Origin: Obrimoposthia wandeli
Lineage: Eukaryota
Length of the DNA: 64,000 nucleotides
Reading direction: 5' to 3'
Assembly: GCA_977020255.1 (NCBI GenBank)
Contig: CDROCS010004529.1
Span: 124,001-188,000 of the forward strand
Both the position numbers and the translations under genes were made by a program. Below, in pieces: positions 60,333 to 64,000 of the stretch. The notes beneath the pieces are model-generated. The model was not told the origin of the DNA, did not search any database, and was given only the letters and a program-made list of their open reading frames with translations. How positions within the stretch are numbered: the stretch's first letter is position 1; the number at the start of each line of letters is the position of its first letter.

Positions 60333-62258
60333 TTATATCGACAGTTTTTTAAGCTGGCGTCCGCCATAACTTAAATTAACCAATGCACGTGTCACCATAA
60401 TTGCCGTGAACATCGAAGTTATAATGCCGACTGATAAAGTAATCGCAAAGCCTTTAACCGGCCCTGTCCCCATTGAGAATAAGATTACAGCCGCGATTAA
60501 CGTCGTAATGTTAGCATCAAAAATGGTGGTGAACGCACGGTCAAAACCAGCACTAATAGCAGATTGCGGTGGCAAACCATTGGCTAGTTCTTCTTTAATA
60601 CGCGCAAATATCAACACGTTAGCATCAACGGCCATACCCACTGTTAATACAATACCTGCAATACCCGGTAGTGTCAGCGTTGCAGATAATAGCGACATAA
60701 CTGCAGTTAACAACATCAAGTTTACGAGAAGTGCAATATTTGCAAGCAAACCAAATACGCGATAGTAAACAAACATGAACAACAATACTAAAGCAAAACC
60801 AATTTGCACTGACGTCATACCTTGCGCGATGTTTTCAGCACCTAAACTTGGCCCTACGGTACGTTCTTCAACAAAGTAGATAGGCGCCGCTAGTGCACCT
60901 GCGCGCAGTAACAAGGCCAGTTCAGTTGATTCACCTTGGCCATCTAAGCCTGTGATTCTAAAAGAATTACCTAATACTGATTGAATGGTTGCCAGTGAAA
61001 TAATTTTCTTTTCTACGTAAGGAATACGCTTGGCAACTTTAACACCGTCAACTGTTTGATAAGTCGTGCGTGCTTTGTGTTCAATAAATAGCACTGCCAT
61101 ACGACGCTGAATCGCATCACTGGTAGTACGTGACATTAGCTGACCACCTTTTGAATCTAAGGTGATATTTACTTGTGGCGAGCCGTTTTCATCAAAAGAC
61201 GCTTGTGCGTTAGATACATTAGCACCTGTCACTATAATGTCTTTTTCAATCGTCGCGCTTCTACCAGGCTCAGATCTAAAGTTAAATACTTCAGTGGTTG
61301 CCCGCGTTGCACTGGGTGTTGCTTCTAAACGAAACTGTAAGTTAGCCGTTTTACCTATAATACGTTTTGCTTCTGACGCATCTTGAATACCCGGTAGCTG
61401 TACAACAATACGATTACGTCCTTGGCGCTGCACTAATGGCTCAGCTACACCTAATTCGTTTACGCGATTACGTAGCGTGGTTAAGTTCTGCTTAATCGCA
61501 TAATCTTCAATATCTTTTACCGCACTAGGCTTTAAAGTGACAACAACGTAAAAGCTCTCGGCACGATCTTCAGCAGTCACTAAAAACTCTGGGTATTCGT
61601 TGCGAATAAAGCTCTGCGCGGTATCCCGTACATCTTGTTTAGCAAATTTAACCGCTAAAGCACCATCTTTAGTACGTTCTACCGCACGGTATCTAAGTAC
61701 TTCAGCGCGTAATTTAGTTTTTATTTCCGAAATATAAACTTCAAGACGCTGCCCGACTGCCAGGCTCATGTCTACTTCTAGCAAAAAGTGCACACCGCCG
61801 CGCAAATCTAAGCCCAGTTTCATAGGGCCTGCACCAATATCGGTTAACCACTTCGGTGTAGTAGGCGCTAAGTTCAATGCAACCACATAATCATCACCTA
61901 ATAGCTCAGAGATAACTTGTTTTGCTTTTAATTGAACTTCACCATCTGAAAAACGAATTAAACCGCCTTTGGCTTTTAATTCACTTCCCTTAAATTCTAT
62001 ATTTTCGCGTTTTAAGTTTTTTTCGATACGCGCAATTAATGCATCATCAGTTTTGTAGATAGCACGCGTGCCTGAAACTTGAATAGCATAATCATCTGGA
62101 TAAAGATTGGGTACTGAATAAACAACGCCTAGTACTATCACAAGTAAGATCAGCAGGTTTTTCCACAGAGGATAACGGTTGAGCATAGTGCTCGCTTCCT
62201 TATAAGTACTTAAATTTAGATGCAAAAACGCCATTAAACAATGGCGTTTGAGCAGCAC
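60333..62258 (-). CDS. secD: Protein translocase subunit SecD
   Basis: LGLDLRGG, NELGVAEP, TVGPSLG, GMAVDANVLIF; true start probably MLNRYP near 62186. Confidence 0.97.
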   Translation of the reverse strand: MLLKRHCLMAFLHLNLSTYKEASTMLNRYPLWKNLLILLVIVLGVVYSVPNLYPDDYAIQVSGTRAIYKTDDALIARIEKNLKRENIEFKGSELKAKGGLIRFSDGEVQLKAKQVISELLGDDYVVALNLAPTTPKWLTDIGAGPMKLGLDLRGGVHFLLEVDMSLAVGQRLEVYISEIKTKLRAEVLRYRAVERTKDGALAVKFAKQDVRDTAQSFIRNEYPEFLVTAEDRAESFYVVVTLKPSAVKDIEDYAIKQNLTTLRNRVNELGVAEPLVQRQGRNRIVVQLPGIQDASEAKRIIGKTANLQFRLEATPSATRATTEVFNFRSEPGRSATIEKDIIVTGANVSNAQASFDENGSPQVNITLDSKGGQLMSRTTSDAIQRRMAVLFIEHKARTTYQTVDGVKVAKRIPYVEKKIISLATIQSVLGNSFRITGLDGQGESTELALLLRAGALAAPIYFVEERTVGPSLGAENIAQGMTSVQIGFALVLLFMFVYYRVFGLLANIALLVNLMLLTAVMSLLSATLTLPGIAGIVLTVGMAVDANVLIFARIKEELANGLPPQSAISAGFDRAFTTIFDANITTLIAAVILFSMGTGPVKGFAITLSVGIITSMFTAIMVTRALVNLSYGGRQLKKLSI

Positions 62259-62311
62259 CTTTTAAGCTGCGATCATCAACATAAATCGCTGCGTTAAAAA
62301 GCGCTTAACGA

Positions 62312-62680
62312 TTAAATATTTTTCATTGTGCCTTTTGGCAGTGCCGCAGAAATATGCACTTTTTGAAAGCTAAGCTGTGTGCCTTCACTTACTTCTAAAG
62401 TGACATAGTCATCGTTAGATTTGATCACTTTACCGATGATGCCGCCTGAAGTCATAACTTCATCGCCTTTACCGATACTCGCCACTAGGTTTTTATGATC
62501 TTTTGCACGCTTGGCTTGAGGGCGCCACATGAAAAAGTAAAAGATCAAACCAAAACCAACTAAAAAGATAATGTTAAAAATGCCGCCGTCAGGTCCTGCT
62601 AGTCCAGTACCTTCAGCATATGCTGGAGAAATAAAGAAGCTCATTGCTACTCCTAAAAAGTTATTATAAAAAAATGCCAA
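62312..62680 (-). CDS. yajC: Preprotein translocase subunit YajC
   Basis: YFFMWRPQAKR, GDEVMTSGGI; true start probably MSFF near 62644. Confidence 0.95.
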   Translation of the reverse strand: MAFFYNNFLGVAMSFFISPAYAEGTGLAGPDGGIFNIIFLVGFGLIFYFFMWRPQAKRAKDHKNLVASIGKGDEVMTSGGIIGKVIKSNDDYVTLEVSEGTQLSFQKVHISAALPKGTMKNI

Positions 62681-62738
62681 TATTTATTGGCTTTAATGGT
62701 GCTATCACCACCCGCTAATTCGGGCGATTATAATGGTT

Positions 62739-63890
<1,152 letters not shown>

Positions 63891-63953
63891 TTATCGGCGA
63901 AACAGGCCAACTATCTCTGCTGTTAGCAGCTAATTTTAATCTGGTTTAATTCT

Positions 63954-64000
63954 TTAATCTTTTTGGCGAAGTGTTGGCGTAATAAACATTGCATCACCGT
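63954..64000 (-). CDS. queA: QueA, 3' end only
   Basis: Translates (Y)GDAMFITPTLRQKD*; YGDAM is the QueA C-terminal motif, and the queA-tgt-yajC-secDF order fits. Confidence 0.85.
   Translation of the reverse strand, partial: GDAMFITPTLRQKD

Noticed and set aside
1228-61386. The many short ORFs in the track that overlap larger genes (for example 1228-1500, 10011-10355, 29445-29891, 52994-53614)
   Set aside because: Antisense or alternate-frame shadows of well-supported genes, with no recognisable motifs.

Overview
64 kb from an AT-rich, probably marine gammaproteobacterium. The right third (43.1-64 kb) is core chromosome: gcvP-gcvH-glyA-sdaA divergent from a Gly/Ala symporter-gcvT-lipA, then serB, galU, rnr, secF-secD-yajC-tgt-queA. 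The left two thirds are accessory: an M24/M20/racemase operon, TAXI-TRAP, FdhF/YdeP, oxyR-ahpCF, an RclR-like/AhpD pair, GST, a Sit-type Mn/Fe ABC system, an AfuABC-like ABC system with an FAD oxidoreductase and a phosphatase, a TetR/peroxiredoxin-like pair, two MITE families with target-site duplications (TSDs), IS1595, IS66 and IS3 pieces, and gene remnants. The most notable structure lies outside any ORF, at 37.9-43.1 kb: stacked Tn7/Mu-superfamily transposon ends (TG...CA with repeated transposase-binding-like sites) inserted at the gcvP stop codon. The junction reads ...CA-ATGATT-TG...[4.9 kb cargo]...CA-ATGATT-gcvP stop. There are two different end families, each right end carries its own terminator-like hairpin, and a tnsD/tniQ-like remnant lies nearby. 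This suggests gcvP is an attachment site for Tn7-like elements with a non-canonical (6 or 4 bp) TSD. No CRISPR array, tRNA or rRNA was recognised. All family calls come from motif recognition by eye; no database search was run.
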